Assembly: GCA_964573205.1 (NCBI GenBank)
Contig: CAZNIT010000047.1
Location: forward strand, 777 to 64,776
Direction: 5' to 3'
Source of the DNA: an uncultured Sulfurospirillum sp.
Lineage (GTDB): Bacteria > Campylobacterota > Campylobacteria > Campylobacterales > QNZT01
Length of the DNA: 64,000 nt
A program made the translations under genes and the position numbers. Of this stretch, positions 1 to 11,441 are shown piece by piece. Every line of letters starts with the position of its first letter. Position 1 is the first letter of the stretch. The notes below the pieces were generated by a model. It did no database searches, had not been told where the DNA came from, and was given only the letters and a program-made list of their open reading frames with translations.

Positions 1-2
1 AT

Positions 3-149
3 GATACTTCATTATGATGAATCTTAAAAGAACTTGCTTTTGCTAGAATGATTGAAAGAGGTTTGGAAAATTCCAAAAATGGTAGAACTATCTCAAATGA
101 AAAGATGAACACAAGAAGCTATCTCGATACAATTATTTTTTTATCTTGA
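3..149 (+). pseudogene. Remnant of a small type II (ParD-like) antitoxin, 5' part outside the window
   Basis: The frame from nt 3 reads D-T-S-L-*-*-ILKELAFARMIERGLENSKNGRTISNEKM. This resembles the antitoxin pattern (D)SSYDEIL.ELAF.RMIERGL.DS..GR.ISN. An extra T and a missing A turn YDE into L-stop-stop. No toxin ORF follows. Confidence 0.5.
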
Positions 150-189
150 TAATGTTAAGATACATAGCAATAAGGAAGGAGTAGATTTT

Positions 190-624
190 ATGATAATATC
201 AGCTTATATGAGAGAAGAACATAGATCCTGCGACGAGCTTTTTGCAGATGCTGAAAAAGCCGTAATAGATGGGGATTTCGATAAAGCTCAAGAACTCTTC
301 GTCGCTTTTAGCGAGGATACGCTCAAACATTTTCAAAAAGAGGAGGAAGTCCTTTTCCCCACTTTTGAAGAAGTTACAGGTTCGACCGAAGGTCCGACAC
401 AAGTGATGAAATATGAACATGAGCAGATGCGAGAACTCATAGGAAGGATGGCAAAAGCCGCCGAGGAAAGGGACAAAGATGCATATCTCTCTATCGCCGA
501 ATCTATGATGATTTTACTTCAACAACATAACATGAAAGAAGAACAAATGTTATATGCAATGTGTGACAGAGTCATTCCCGCGGATAAAAAAGAGCGAACT
601 CTAAAGCAAATGAAACAGAAGTGA
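190..624 (+). CDS. Hemerythrin/HHE cation-binding domain protein
   Basis: Iron-ligand motifs EEH, HFQKEE, EHEQMR and HNMKEE; Shine-Dalgarno (SD) AAGGAAGG upstream. Confidence 0.9.
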   Translation: MIISAYMREEHRSCDELFADAEKAVIDGDFDKAQELFVAFSEDTLKHFQKEEEVLFPTFEEVTGSTEGPTQVMKYEHEQMRELIGRMAKAAEERDKDAYLSIAESMMILLQQHNMKEEQMLYAMCDRVIPADKKERTLKQMKQK

Positions 625-878
625 CACTCACTAAAATCATGCTTGACGCAAGAGAGTTGCAACAACCGCAACCTTTTGAAAGAGCCCTAGTGATACTAAA
701 CGAGATGAATAAAAGCGATTATCTCTATATGCTTCATAGAAGGAATCCTCTACCTTTGTTGGAATTGGCGAAAAATAGAGGGTTTTTAAGCGTTTCAAAA
801 AAAGATAACGATGATGTATGGCACGTAATTATCACTAAAGATAAAAAAGTCGATCTTTGGGAACTTATGGATGTTTAA
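621..878 (+). CDS. DUF2249 / TusA-like small protein
   Basis: LDARELQQPQPFERAL...MLHRRNPLPL pattern; the GTG start overlaps the hemerythrin stop (GTGA). Confidence 0.75.
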   Translation: MTLTKIMLDARELQQPQPFERALVILNEMNKSDYLYMLHRRNPLPLLELAKNRGFLSVSKKDNDDVWHVIITKDKKVDLWELMDV

Positions 879-2142
879 TCAAGGAGGTCTCTCACTAAAT
901 CAAGCTCCCCCGATCTTTGTGGTGCTTCGATTTTTTATCACGGGAGCGCTTTTTGGTCTTTTTGCCGGAATATCACTCTTTTTTTTCAAAGAGAATATTT
1001 TTGATATAAACTCTTTCGAAGCTCTGATAATCACGCATATCTTGGCATTGGGTGTGATGGGATCGTTTATGCTGGGAGCACTTTTTCAAATGTTGCCGGT
1101 CATCGCTGGAGTCGTCATTAAAACTCCCGTTTTAAAATCGATATTCGTACATATTTTTTTTACGGCTGGTATAGTTTCTCTTTTAACCGCATTTTATACG
1201 GGTGAGTCTCTTTTTTACAAATTGACGGCTCTATTTTTAGGCGGCTCTTTATTATATGTATGTTTGATAATGAGTATCGATCTTTTTAAACTAAAAGATC
1301 ACACCGCTTCATCCGAAGGTATGCTTTTTTCACTTATCTCTTTCTTCATAGCCGTTGTATTCGCACTCTATCTTTTAACGATATTAAGCGGTTTAGCCGA
1401 CCCGCAGTATTTTGGTCTATTTAAACGGATACATTACTCTTTTGCTTTATCGGGATGGATCGCCGTTTTGATACTCTCCATCTCTTTTCAGGTTATAGAG
1501 ATGTTTTATGTAACGCCGGCATATCCGAAAATCGTCACAAAATATCTGATCGTATCAATATTCGTAATTTTGATTTTAAAAAGCGTTCTGCCTTTTTTAG
1601 AAATTAGGACTATTTATACGGATATGATTATCGCTATTTTATTTATCTGCTACGCTTCGTTAACCTTGCATAGATTATACCTTAGAAAGCGGCCTACATC
1701 CGACGCCACCGTATGGTTTTGGCGTTTTGGCATGATCGCTCTCATACTCTCTATGCTATTTACGACAAGCGGTCTGTTTTGGGAAAATTACATAATCAAA
1801 AGTATGAGTTATCTTACGTTCGTATTTTTCGCATTAAGCGTGCTACTTGCGATGGTATATAAAATCGTACCGTTTTTAGTATGGTTTCATCTCTCGAATC
1901 AAGGATATATGAAAGCACCGCTAATGCATGATATCATTCATCCAAAGAGAGTAAAAATCCATTTCTATATCCACGCGACTCTATTTATGATTTTAACGAT
2001 TTGCGTTTTTGCGCCGGTTTTTTTCAATCTAGCTTCGCCGTTGATAATTCTATCGTTCGGATGGTTGCTTTATCATCTGCTATATGCCGTCTATCTTTAT
2101 AGAAATACGCAAAAAAACTGTGAAAAAATATCTTGGCAATAA
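871..2142 (+). CDS. Polytopic membrane protein with a heme-copper-oxidase-subunit-I/NnrS-like His pattern, function unknown
   Basis: About 12 hydrophobic segments; two repeats of H..alG......g...Q..(P/E) (THILALGVMGSFMLGALFQMLP and IHYSFALSGWIAVLILSISFQVIEMF); overlaps the upstream gene. Confidence 0.65.
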   Translation: MFNQGGLSLNQAPPIFVVLRFFITGALFGLFAGISLFFFKENIFDINSFEALIITHILALGVMGSFMLGALFQMLPVIAGVVIKTPVLKSIFVHIFFTAGIVSLLTAFYTGESLFYKLTALFLGGSLLYVCLIMSIDLFKLKDHTASSEGMLFSLISFFIAVVFALYLLTILSGLADPQYFGLFKRIHYSFALSGWIAVLILSISFQVIEMFYVTPAYPKIVTKYLIVSIFVILILKSVLPFLEIRTIYTDMIIAILFICYASLTLHRLYLRKRPTSDATVWFWRFGMIALILSMLFTTSGLFWENYIIKSMSYLTFVFFALSVLLAMVYKIVPFLVWFHLSNQGYMKAPLMHDIIHPKRVKIHFYIHATLFMILTICVFAPVFFNLASPLIILSFGWLLYHLLYAVYLYRNTQKNCEKISWQ

Positions 2143-2208
2143 ACTTCAATCATACTCTTTAACCAACTTTTAGATAAAATATCTCAAATTCAGACGCAGG
2201 GGAAACTT

Positions 2209-5024
<2,816 letters not shown>

Positions 5025-5029
5025 AAAGG

Positions 5030-5581
5030 CTATTTGATCTTTTGCGCCTCATAAACGAATATATCCGGATGAAGCCTTAAACAGTTTGCATCCAGCCCGG
5101 CTTTTTGGCATAATGTTGCGAAAAATTGATCAAAATCGCTTAACTGGTCCCAAACTTGAGGCAGATATGTAGCTTGATAGATACCATATTTCAAGATAAC
5201 GCCATGAACACCCGGCTTGATCTTCTTTCTCAAATCGTCTATATTTTCATACGCCAAATGTACAGGTTCGCTTAAAAGTGATATCTCGATACTCAAATCT
5301 CCGCTTTCAAACTCCTCTTTTGTAAGAGGAGGAAATCTAGGATCGTTAAAAGCCGCCGCTTTCGCGTTTTGGATCAAATCTTCCAATAGCGTCCGATGAG
5401 CTATGATAGATCCTATACATCCGCGAAGCGAGTCCCTTTTTTCAAGCGTTACAAAAGCGGCTCCATTTTCGCCTAGCTTTGGATGTTCGCTTAGAAGTTT
5501 CTCTTTATCGATTAAAGGCGCCTCTTCAAACTCCTCTTTTATCGCATTCTTGGCGATGTCTATCATATATTGCAAGCTCAT
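5030..5581 (-). CDS. amrA: AmmeMemoRadiSam system protein A (AMMECR1 family)
   Basis: AAFVTL, LRGCIGS, AAFNDPRFPP, ATYLPQVW and LCQKAG. Confidence 0.92.
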   Translation of the reverse strand: MSLQYMIDIAKNAIKEEFEEAPLIDKEKLLSEHPKLGENGAAFVTLEKRDSLRGCIGSIIAHRTLLEDLIQNAKAAAFNDPRFPPLTKEEFESGDLSIEISLLSEPVHLAYENIDDLRKKIKPGVHGVILKYGIYQATYLPQVWDQLSDFDQFFATLCQKAGLDANCLRLHPDIFVYEAQKIK

Positions 5582-5622
5582 AACAGCCTCCTTAAAATTT
5601 CGCTGATATAATTATATCACTT

Positions 5623-6396
5623 TTAAAGTATCTTTATCTCCTCTTCCAAAATTATGCCGAAACTCTCAAAAACTCTTCTTTTCGCCTCTTTTATAAGATA
5701 AATCGCCTCTTCATATGTAGCACTGCCCAGATTTACCAAAAAATTTGCATGAACTTCACTAAATGCGGCATCGCCTCTTCTGAAACCTTTTAAGCCTACT
5801 CGCTCTATCAATCTTCCGGCAAAATCATCTTTTGGATTTTTAAAAACGGAACCGGCACTGGGCTCTTTTGGTTGTTTGTTGCGCATTTTTGTAAAAAGTT
5901 GCGATTTTTCAACGTCAAATCCCCTTTTTATTTTAAAAACGGCTTCATAAACTATATCGTCTATATCCGTATATCGATAACCGTATTCGATCTTCTCTTT
6001 TTCGATATATCCTTTTGAGGTTTTTATACCGACGAGATTATTAAATATCTCATCCTCTTTCATACCGGCATTCATGCATACAAGCCCGCCCAAAGTACCG
6101 GGGAGTTTTCCGAGATATTCAAAACCGTTTATATCATATTTTTTTACGAATGAAAAAATTCTCCCGCTTTTTGTCGCCGCTCCGATTATCAGATGCTCTT
6201 TTTGCAAATATATATAATCGAACTTTTTGGAAAGGATATATAAAGAAGGAGGATTTTGCGATACCAAAAGGTTGTTGGCTCCTCCGACGATAAACGACCC
6301 TTTGGGAAGTGAAATAATCTCGTCGATAACTTTTACCTCTATTTTAGAGCCTATTTTAATCGAACTGTATTTCGAAAAATCGATCTGCTTTTTCAT
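5623..6396 (-). CDS. murB: UDP-N-acetylmuramate dehydrogenase
   Basis: IVGGANNLL, LPGTLGGLVCMNAG, QPKEPSAGSVFKNP and HANFLVN; start moved to the ATG at 6396, just downstream of fliQ. Confidence 0.95.
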   Translation of the reverse strand: MKKQIDFSKYSSIKIGSKIEVKVIDEIISLPKGSFIVGGANNLLVSQNPPSLYILSKKFDYIYLQKEHLIIGAATKSGRIFSFVKKYDINGFEYLGKLPGTLGGLVCMNAGMKEDEIFNNLVGIKTSKGYIEKEKIEYGYRYTDIDDIVYEAVFKIKRGFDVEKSQLFTKMRNKQPKEPSAGSVFKNPKDDFAGRLIERVGLKGFRRGDAAFSEVHANFLVNLGSATYEEAIYLIKEAKRRVFESFGIILEEEIKIL

Positions 6397-6401
6397 AAAC
6401 T

Positions 6402-6668
6402 TCAAAAAAGAAAGCCGGGAATCATATTTATAACCCTTTGGGTAAATTCTATCATGATATTCATCATCCAAGGCATCGCGAATATGATGATAACCACTAC
6501 AACCAGAATCTTCGGAACGAAAGAGAGCGTCATTTCGTTTATCTGCGTAGTCGCTTGAAAGATCGAGATCAAAAGACCGGCGACCAAACCGCCAAGAAGC
6601 ATCGGCAAAGATAGATAAAGTGCGAGTTTAAAAGTTTCAACTCCAAGACCTATGAGTTTTGCTTCCAT
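6402..6668 (-). CDS. fliQ: Flagellar export protein FliQ
   Basis: GLLISIFQATTQINEMTLSFVPKI signature. Confidence 0.97.
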   Translation of the reverse strand: MEAKLIGLGVETFKLALYLSLPMLLGGLVAGLLISIFQATTQINEMTLSFVPKILVVVVIIIFAMPWMMNIMIEFTQRVINMIPGFLF

Positions 6669-6677
6669 CTTTTTATC

Positions 6678-7541
6678 CTATGCGAATCTATAATCTTTGT
6701 ACTCGACGGGTACAAGATAGTCGCGGACTTTGATTAAAGAGGGATAAAAACCGTGTTCATATCCCAATTCGAAAAGTCTATCGATACCGTCAAGTTGTTC
6801 CTCGCTCATACAAATAGACTCTTCGTTCGCGTAAAGTTCGAGATATTTTCGCAGCTTCTTCTCGTCCACGCGAATCAAATTACGTTCCAAAAGCATTTTT
6901 GAAAGTACCTCCTTATTTTTATGCGCGACTTCCACGGCTTTCGTTAAAATCTCTTCATACTCTATCGCTCTTGTAATAGGAATGGATCTTCTTATCCCCA
7001 TCCCGCCAAGAGGTAGAGGAAGTTCGCCGCCGCTTAACTCCAGCCAGATATCCCAAAGCTCTTTTTCAACTTCCAAAGTTTCGTCATATGTCAATATACT
7101 CTCATGAATCAAAACACCCGCGTCCACTTCACCGCTTAGTACGGCATCTTCGATTTGAAGGAAGTTTTTATAGACTATCTTCGCTTCGGGATAATATATC
7201 TTAAATAAAAGGGCGTTTGTCGTATATTTTCCACTGAGAGCGACTTTAAAATTTCTCTTTAATTTAACACCTCTTTTTTTTATCAGTTTGGGACCGTATC
7301 CGTCTCCAAAACTCACGGCGGTTCTTAAAAGAGCATATTCATCTTTAACGAAAGGATAAAGTCCGAAACTGATAGCGGTTATATCGTAAATATTCTCAAG
7401 AGCTTTTTCATTGAGTGTTTCAATATCCAAAGCGACGTTTTCAAAATTGATATCATCGATCGATACCCAGCCGAATTTTATAGCGTAAAACATAAAAATG
7501 TCATCGGCGTCGGGAGAGTGCGCGACTGTTACTGTTTTCAA
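6678..7541 (-). CDS. mqnD: 1,4-dihydroxy-6-naphthoate synthase (futalosine menaquinone pathway)
   Basis: AHSPDADDIFMFYA, DIETLN, GVLIHE and PLPLGG; mqnD-fliQ-murB order as in Campylobacter. Confidence 0.88.
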   Translation of the reverse strand: MKTVTVAHSPDADDIFMFYAIKFGWVSIDDINFENVALDIETLNEKALENIYDITAISFGLYPFVKDEYALLRTAVSFGDGYGPKLIKKRGVKLKRNFKVALSGKYTTNALLFKIYYPEAKIVYKNFLQIEDAVLSGEVDAGVLIHESILTYDETLEVEKELWDIWLELSGGELPLPLGGMGIRRSIPITRAIEYEEILTKAVEVAHKNKEVLSKMLLERNLIRVDEKKLRKYLELYANEESICMSEEQLDGIDRLFELGYEHGFYPSLIKVRDYLVPVEYKDYRFA

Positions 7542-7636
7542 TAAAAAGCCTTTTTCGTTTTATATAAAAGCCGTACGGCAAAAAAATTTTTGTAATTTAA
7601 AGGTATTTTAGCGAAAGTAGGTTTTGAAAGTCTAAA

Positions 7637-7655
7637 GCGGCGCTTACCGCGCCGC
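7637..7655 (-). terminator. Probable intrinsic terminator of hpf
   Basis: GCGGCGC-5 nt-GCGCCGC stem just after the hpf stop, followed by a short U run on the minus strand. Confidence 0.6.
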
Positions 7656-7661
7656 AATTTC

Positions 7662-8201
7662 TTAGTAGAGTCCGAATTTGTTATCTTTTCTTTTATAAAG
7701 CACGCGCGTTTTATCATCTTTATCTATAAAGATCAAAAACTGTTTATTGCTCTCTTTTAACATCTCAAGAGCCTCTTCTATTTCAAGCGGCTTGTAAAGA
7801 TCCAACTCCATAGGAATAATCTCGTCAACATCCTCCTCGTTCTGCGTCTCGTTTATCTCTTCCATATTGACATTCGCAATCTCTTCGAGTTTGGTCACTC
7901 TATAATCGGTCACTTTATCATGATGGCGTCTTAAAACTTTTTGAGCTCTATCGACCGCCAAATCGATTGCGGCATAAACATCTTTATCTTTTTGTTTTAT
8001 AACTATGGTATTTTTTTGCGGAAGGTTGATAGTAAATTCAACCGCATAACCTTTTTTGCCGTTTTTCTCGTCAGCCGAGACGACGACTCTAGTGGATATA
8101 ATATCCAAATTATATTTTTTCAGCGATTCCACCGCACTTTGGATATGCGACTTGATTGCATCGGTTAGTTCAAACTGTCTTCCGACTAAACTCATGTTCA
8201 T
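7662..8201 (-). CDS. hpf: Ribosome hibernation promoting factor (long HPF/RaiA)
   Basis: GRQFELTDAIK, DVYAAIDLAVDRAQKVLRRHHDK and C-terminal KPLEIEEAL...VLYKRKDNKFGL; SD AAGGAG. Confidence 0.93.
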   Translation of the reverse strand: MNMSLVGRQFELTDAIKSHIQSAVESLKKYNLDIISTRVVVSADEKNGKKGYAVEFTINLPQKNTIVIKQKDKDVYAAIDLAVDRAQKVLRRHHDKVTDYRVTKLEEIANVNMEEINETQNEEDVDEIIPMELDLYKPLEIEEALEMLKESNKQFLIFIDKDDKTRVLYKRKDNKFGLY

Positions 8202-8297
8202 GATTGTCTCCTTAAATGGAATAAATACATAAGCAATTTTACAGGAAATTCAATTTGATATCGATTAAAAAGATAGGTTAAATATCGAATATTTTTT

Positions 8298-8331
8298 TAG
8301 GTGAATATTTAAGAAATTAAATATTCACCTA
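8298..8331. other. Perfect 15-bp inverted repeat with a GAAA loop
   Basis: TAGGTGAATATTTAA-GAAA-TTAAATATTCACCTA; no U-tract 3' of the stem on either strand. Confidence 0.9.
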
Positions 8332-8371
8332 TCAAGGAGGAAAAAATAGTTTACACTGTTCTGTAAAAACA

Positions 8372-8404
8372 AAACAAAAGCCCGCTAAAAACGGGCTTTT
8401 GTTT
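8372..8404. terminator. Bidirectional intrinsic terminator
   Basis: AAACAAAAGCCCG-7 nt-CGGGCTTTTGTTT with U-rich tails on both strands, 8 nt from the stop of the 69-aa ORF. Confidence 0.8.
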
Positions 8405-8411
8405 CATTTAA

Positions 8412-8621
8412 TCAGTTGTTATACGCAATAGCGGCTTTATGCAACCCTCTTCCTTTCAGAAGAAGCAAAGCCTCGATATCTTCGTCGGAAATACCGAATT
8501 TTTTGCACAAAACTCCGAGTCTAAGAAGTGAAAATTCCTCTTGATGTTTTTTCTTCAAATAGCTTATTGCCGCCGGAGTTTTTCCTACCGCCAACGCTAT
8601 CTCTTTTCCTGTGATTTGCAT
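8412..8621 (-). CDS. Small putative HTH DNA-binding protein (69 aa)
   Basis: SD AGGAGG 7 nt before ATG; ITGKEIALAVGKTPAAISYLK has a helix-turn-helix-like pattern. Confidence 0.7.
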   Translation of the reverse strand: MQITGKEIALAVGKTPAAISYLKKKHQEEFSLLRLGVLCKKFGISDEDIEALLLLKGRGLHKAAIAYNN

Positions 8622-8624
8622 GAC

Positions 8625-8750
8625 TTACCTCCTATTTTGAGATTTTATATATATTTTTGCGGGTACGAACTTTCTGTTTAAAATCAACAGATCGTCAAAC
8701 TTTTGTGAAAAAATATCGATAGTCTTTAAGATAAATATTTGTAGTTTCAA
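8625..8750 (-). CDS. Unannotated 41-aa ORF MKLQIFILKTIDIFSQKFDDLLILNRKFVPAKIYIKSQNRR
   Basis: SD AGAGGAG 6 nt before TTG; its last codons and stop (AGG AGG TAA) contain the SD of the next ORF. Confidence 0.55.
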   Translation of the reverse strand: MKLQIFILKTIDIFSQKFDDLLILNRKFVPAKIYIKSQNRR

Positions 8751-8786
8751 AATCAACTCCTCTTTTGTTATGAAACAAGTATAATA

Positions 8787-8808
8787 CAAAGTTGTGTCAA
8801 AGTTGTGT
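8787..8808. promoter_or_regulatory. 11-bp tandem direct repeat CAAAGTTGTGT x2, candidate response-regulator box
   Basis: Exact repeat with one-helical-turn spacing, between the histidine kinase 3' end and the small ORFs. Confidence 0.5.
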
Positions 8809-8861
8809 GAAAAATGAATATTTTTATTTTTTTTTATAAAAAATTAGATAGATAGTAAAGT

Positions 8862-10655
8862 CTAAAGCACGATAGTAAATCTCGTACCGTCTTGAAGTCT
8901 TGTTACGCTGATTTCACCTTTCATATGTTTTTCCACTATGATTTTCGTCATATAAAGTCCAAGCCCCATAGAGTCCTCTTTTGTCGTAAAATACGGTTCG
9001 AAAATTCTACTTGCGACCTCCTTATCGATCGGTTCACCGCTGTTTTCGACGCTTATTATGACATTGTCCCCTTCACGATAAAGCTTTATAATAATAACAC
9101 CTTGCGTACCTATGGCGTCGATAGCGTTTTTAATGAGATTTAGCATAACCTGTAAAAATTCGTTTCTATAAATCTCCATCTCGATATCTTGCAAATGCTT
9201 GATAACCTTTATATCATGTTTTTGAATACTGTTATTCAGAAAATAGATGGAGCGCAAAATCAAAGTTTTGAGATTGATCATTTTCGTTGACGTCGTCGGC
9301 TTATAAAAAGTTCTGAAATCATCTATCGTCTCACTCATAAATTCGATACTCTCCTCTATCTCTTCATAGCTTTTGTCAATATCTTTTTTAGCTATCTCTT
9401 TATTGCTTTGAAGCTCGAACCTACCAAGCGCTACGATAGATGCGATTTTGTTTATTGGTTGTCTCCATTGATGGGCTATCATACTAAAGAGTTCACCTAT
9501 TAGAGCCTGCTTTGATTGAAACATCATCTTTTCGTTACTTTGATTGATCTGTTCCTCATAACTTTTTATCTGCTTGTAGATGATAGCGGAGAGATATAAA
9601 GATAAAAGCATCGTAACAAACCACGCAAAAGCGAGTATCATGAAACTTCTCTCGATATCGTAGCCGCTTTGTCCCGGTTTTACCACTTTTCGAAGCTTCA
9701 AATCTTCTCCAAGATGAGAGATATCTTTAACCCCGACTAGATACCAGTTATATTTTTTTATAAAACGCGTATAATAGATTTTATCTCCATCTTTATAAAA
9801 ACCGTCCTTTTGAAGCAACCTCTTCTTTATCTCCTTGTCAATAACGCTCTTTTGTTCATCTTTTCGTTTCGATGCGAATAATAGTTTCATCTTTTTATTC
9901 ATAATGAAAAAGTCGTTATCTTTACCTTTTATATTTTTACGAATATAGCGATTGACTTCGCTTTGAGAGAGCATCTGCATCTCGTCGATAAACAAAGCCG
10001 CCCCGATATACCACTCAAAACACTCTATCTTTTTAACATACGAAAGATTGTATATCATAATCTCCCTATTCGAATCCGGCCTGTACCAGTCATATCCGAC
10101 AAATCCCTCTTTCTCTTCATCTATCACTTTATTAAATTCCAGCACGAAAGCTTTGTCGAAATCATCCTTTATCTTCAATATGTTTTTGCCTTCGAGCTTT
10201 TTATCGAAGTGCTCATATACGTAACCTTTTTTACTTATAACGAATATATGGCCGAAATTTTCCGTAGCTTTTAAATTTTTCAACGAGGTGAGGATTATCT
10301 TTTTTAAAAACTGCCTCTTTAGCGCATATCTGTATCTTTTACAAAGATTGTTCGTACTCGCGACATGAGTATTTACAAAATCTACCAATCGTTCTTTTAG
10401 AAGATCGCTACTTCTATCGTCAATATAATCGATAAAGGAGGAGAGCTGCAGAGTTTTGTTTTTTAAATTTTCTCTTTCCGATTTCAAAAGACTCTCTTTG
10501 TAATTCTTAACTTCGAATTCCAACGTATTTTGTTGCATATCCTCTTGTAAATAATTTATAAAAAGATATGACATTACGCCATAGACGATCAGTACCGTCA
10601 ATGGCAAAATCACGACTAAAATCGCAAGGCGTCTTTTTGAAATATTATAATTCAT
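8862..10655 (-). CDS. Sensor histidine kinase with a periplasmic Cache domain
   Basis: Two TM helices, Cache-like GFVGYDWYRP...WYIGA, H-box IAHQWRQP, NLIKNAIDA, FEPYFTTK and GLGLY. Confidence 0.92.
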   Translation of the reverse strand: MNYNISKRRLAILVVILPLTVLIVYGVMSYLFINYLQEDMQQNTLEFEVKNYKESLLKSERENLKNKTLQLSSFIDYIDDRSSDLLKERLVDFVNTHVASTNNLCKRYRYALKRQFLKKIILTSLKNLKATENFGHIFVISKKGYVYEHFDKKLEGKNILKIKDDFDKAFVLEFNKVIDEEKEGFVGYDWYRPDSNREIMIYNLSYVKKIECFEWYIGAALFIDEMQMLSQSEVNRYIRKNIKGKDNDFFIMNKKMKLLFASKRKDEQKSVIDKEIKKRLLQKDGFYKDGDKIYYTRFIKKYNWYLVGVKDISHLGEDLKLRKVVKPGQSGYDIERSFMILAFAWFVTMLLSLYLSAIIYKQIKSYEEQINQSNEKMMFQSKQALIGELFSMIAHQWRQPINKIASIVALGRFELQSNKEIAKKDIDKSYEEIEESIEFMSETIDDFRTFYKPTTSTKMINLKTLILRSIYFLNNSIQKHDIKVIKHLQDIEMEIYRNEFLQVMLNLIKNAIDAIGTQGVIIIKLYREGDNVIISVENSGEPIDKEVASRIFEPYFTTKEDSMGLGLYMTKIIVEKHMKGEISVTRLQDGTRFTIVL

Positions 10656-11326
10656 GTCCGATTATCTATAAAATATCCCATATTTTGTCTATTTTTCAAA
10701 AAGCCGGCAGGCAGCTTTTTTCGAAGCGCCTTTATAAAAGATCTGATAGCGTCGGGAGTTGGAGGAGTATCCTTCCAAAGAGAATCCAACTCATCATAAG
10801 TGATACTACCTTTCGTTTCCAAAAGCTCCAGGCATTCCGTCTCTTTTTGAGTCAATACGAATGTCTCTTCATCGGTAGTGACCGTTCCGCTCAATCTATC
10901 GACGACAACATTCGCAGCAAGTGAAAAAGAGTCACTGCCGGCAAGACTTTGATCGAGTTTTTCAAGTAATTTATACAATTTTTTCGTAGTGAAAGGTTTG
11001 ACTATATATTTATCCAATTTCAATTCAACCGACTCTAAAAGATAATCTACCTTGGTATATGCCGAGATCACTACTATAGGCAACTCTTCATCTATCTTTC
11101 TTATCTTTTTTATAAGCTCGATACCGTTTAACTTCGGAAGCTCGATATCGACGATCATGATATCTATGCTCTCTTGATGCTCGATAAACTGCCTATATCC
11201 CATCTCACCGTCGGAAGCGGTACGAATCGTTGCGAAATAGTTGCCAAGAAGTTTGGATATATTTGACAATACAACCGGATCGTCCTCAATATAGAGCACG
11301 GATTTATCTTTTAGATTATTATACAT
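10652..11326 (-). CDS. OmpR-family response regulator
   Basis: VLYIEDD, IVDIELP, VISAY, YIVKP and winged-helix LTQKE...IKALRKKL...GY; overlaps the kinase gene. Confidence 0.93.
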   Translation of the reverse strand: MYNNLKDKSVLYIEDDPVVLSNISKLLGNYFATIRTASDGEMGYRQFIEHQESIDIMIVDIELPKLNGIELIKKIRKIDEELPIVVISAYTKVDYLLESVELKLDKYIVKPFTTKKLYKLLEKLDQSLAGSDSFSLAANVVVDRLSGTVTTDEETFVLTQKETECLELLETKGSITYDELDSLWKDTPPTPDAIRSFIKALRKKLPAGFLKNRQNMGYFIDNRT

Positions 11327-11441
11327 TACTACCTATTTTTATAATATATTTAATCTATCTTATCAAATAAAAATTAAATTAAATTGTAAGTTTATCGATT
11401 TTTACAGCTTTTTTCTCAATTGGGCGTAAATTTCTCTTTAA

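Noticed and set aside
145-166. FNR/NssR or Fur box upstream of the hemerythrin gene (TTGATAATGTTAAG)
   Set aside because: The half-site spacing is 3 nt rather than 4 for FNR/NssR, and the Fur match is only partial in AT-rich DNA.
8245-8295. Sigma-28 promoter candidates around TCGAT/TCGAAT near hpf
   Set aside because: Spacing or the -10 element deviates from the consensus on both strands.
8346-8366. Six-codon mini-ORF starting at ATA after AAGGAGG
   Set aside because: Non-canonical start and too short to support; kept only as context in the sRNA finding.
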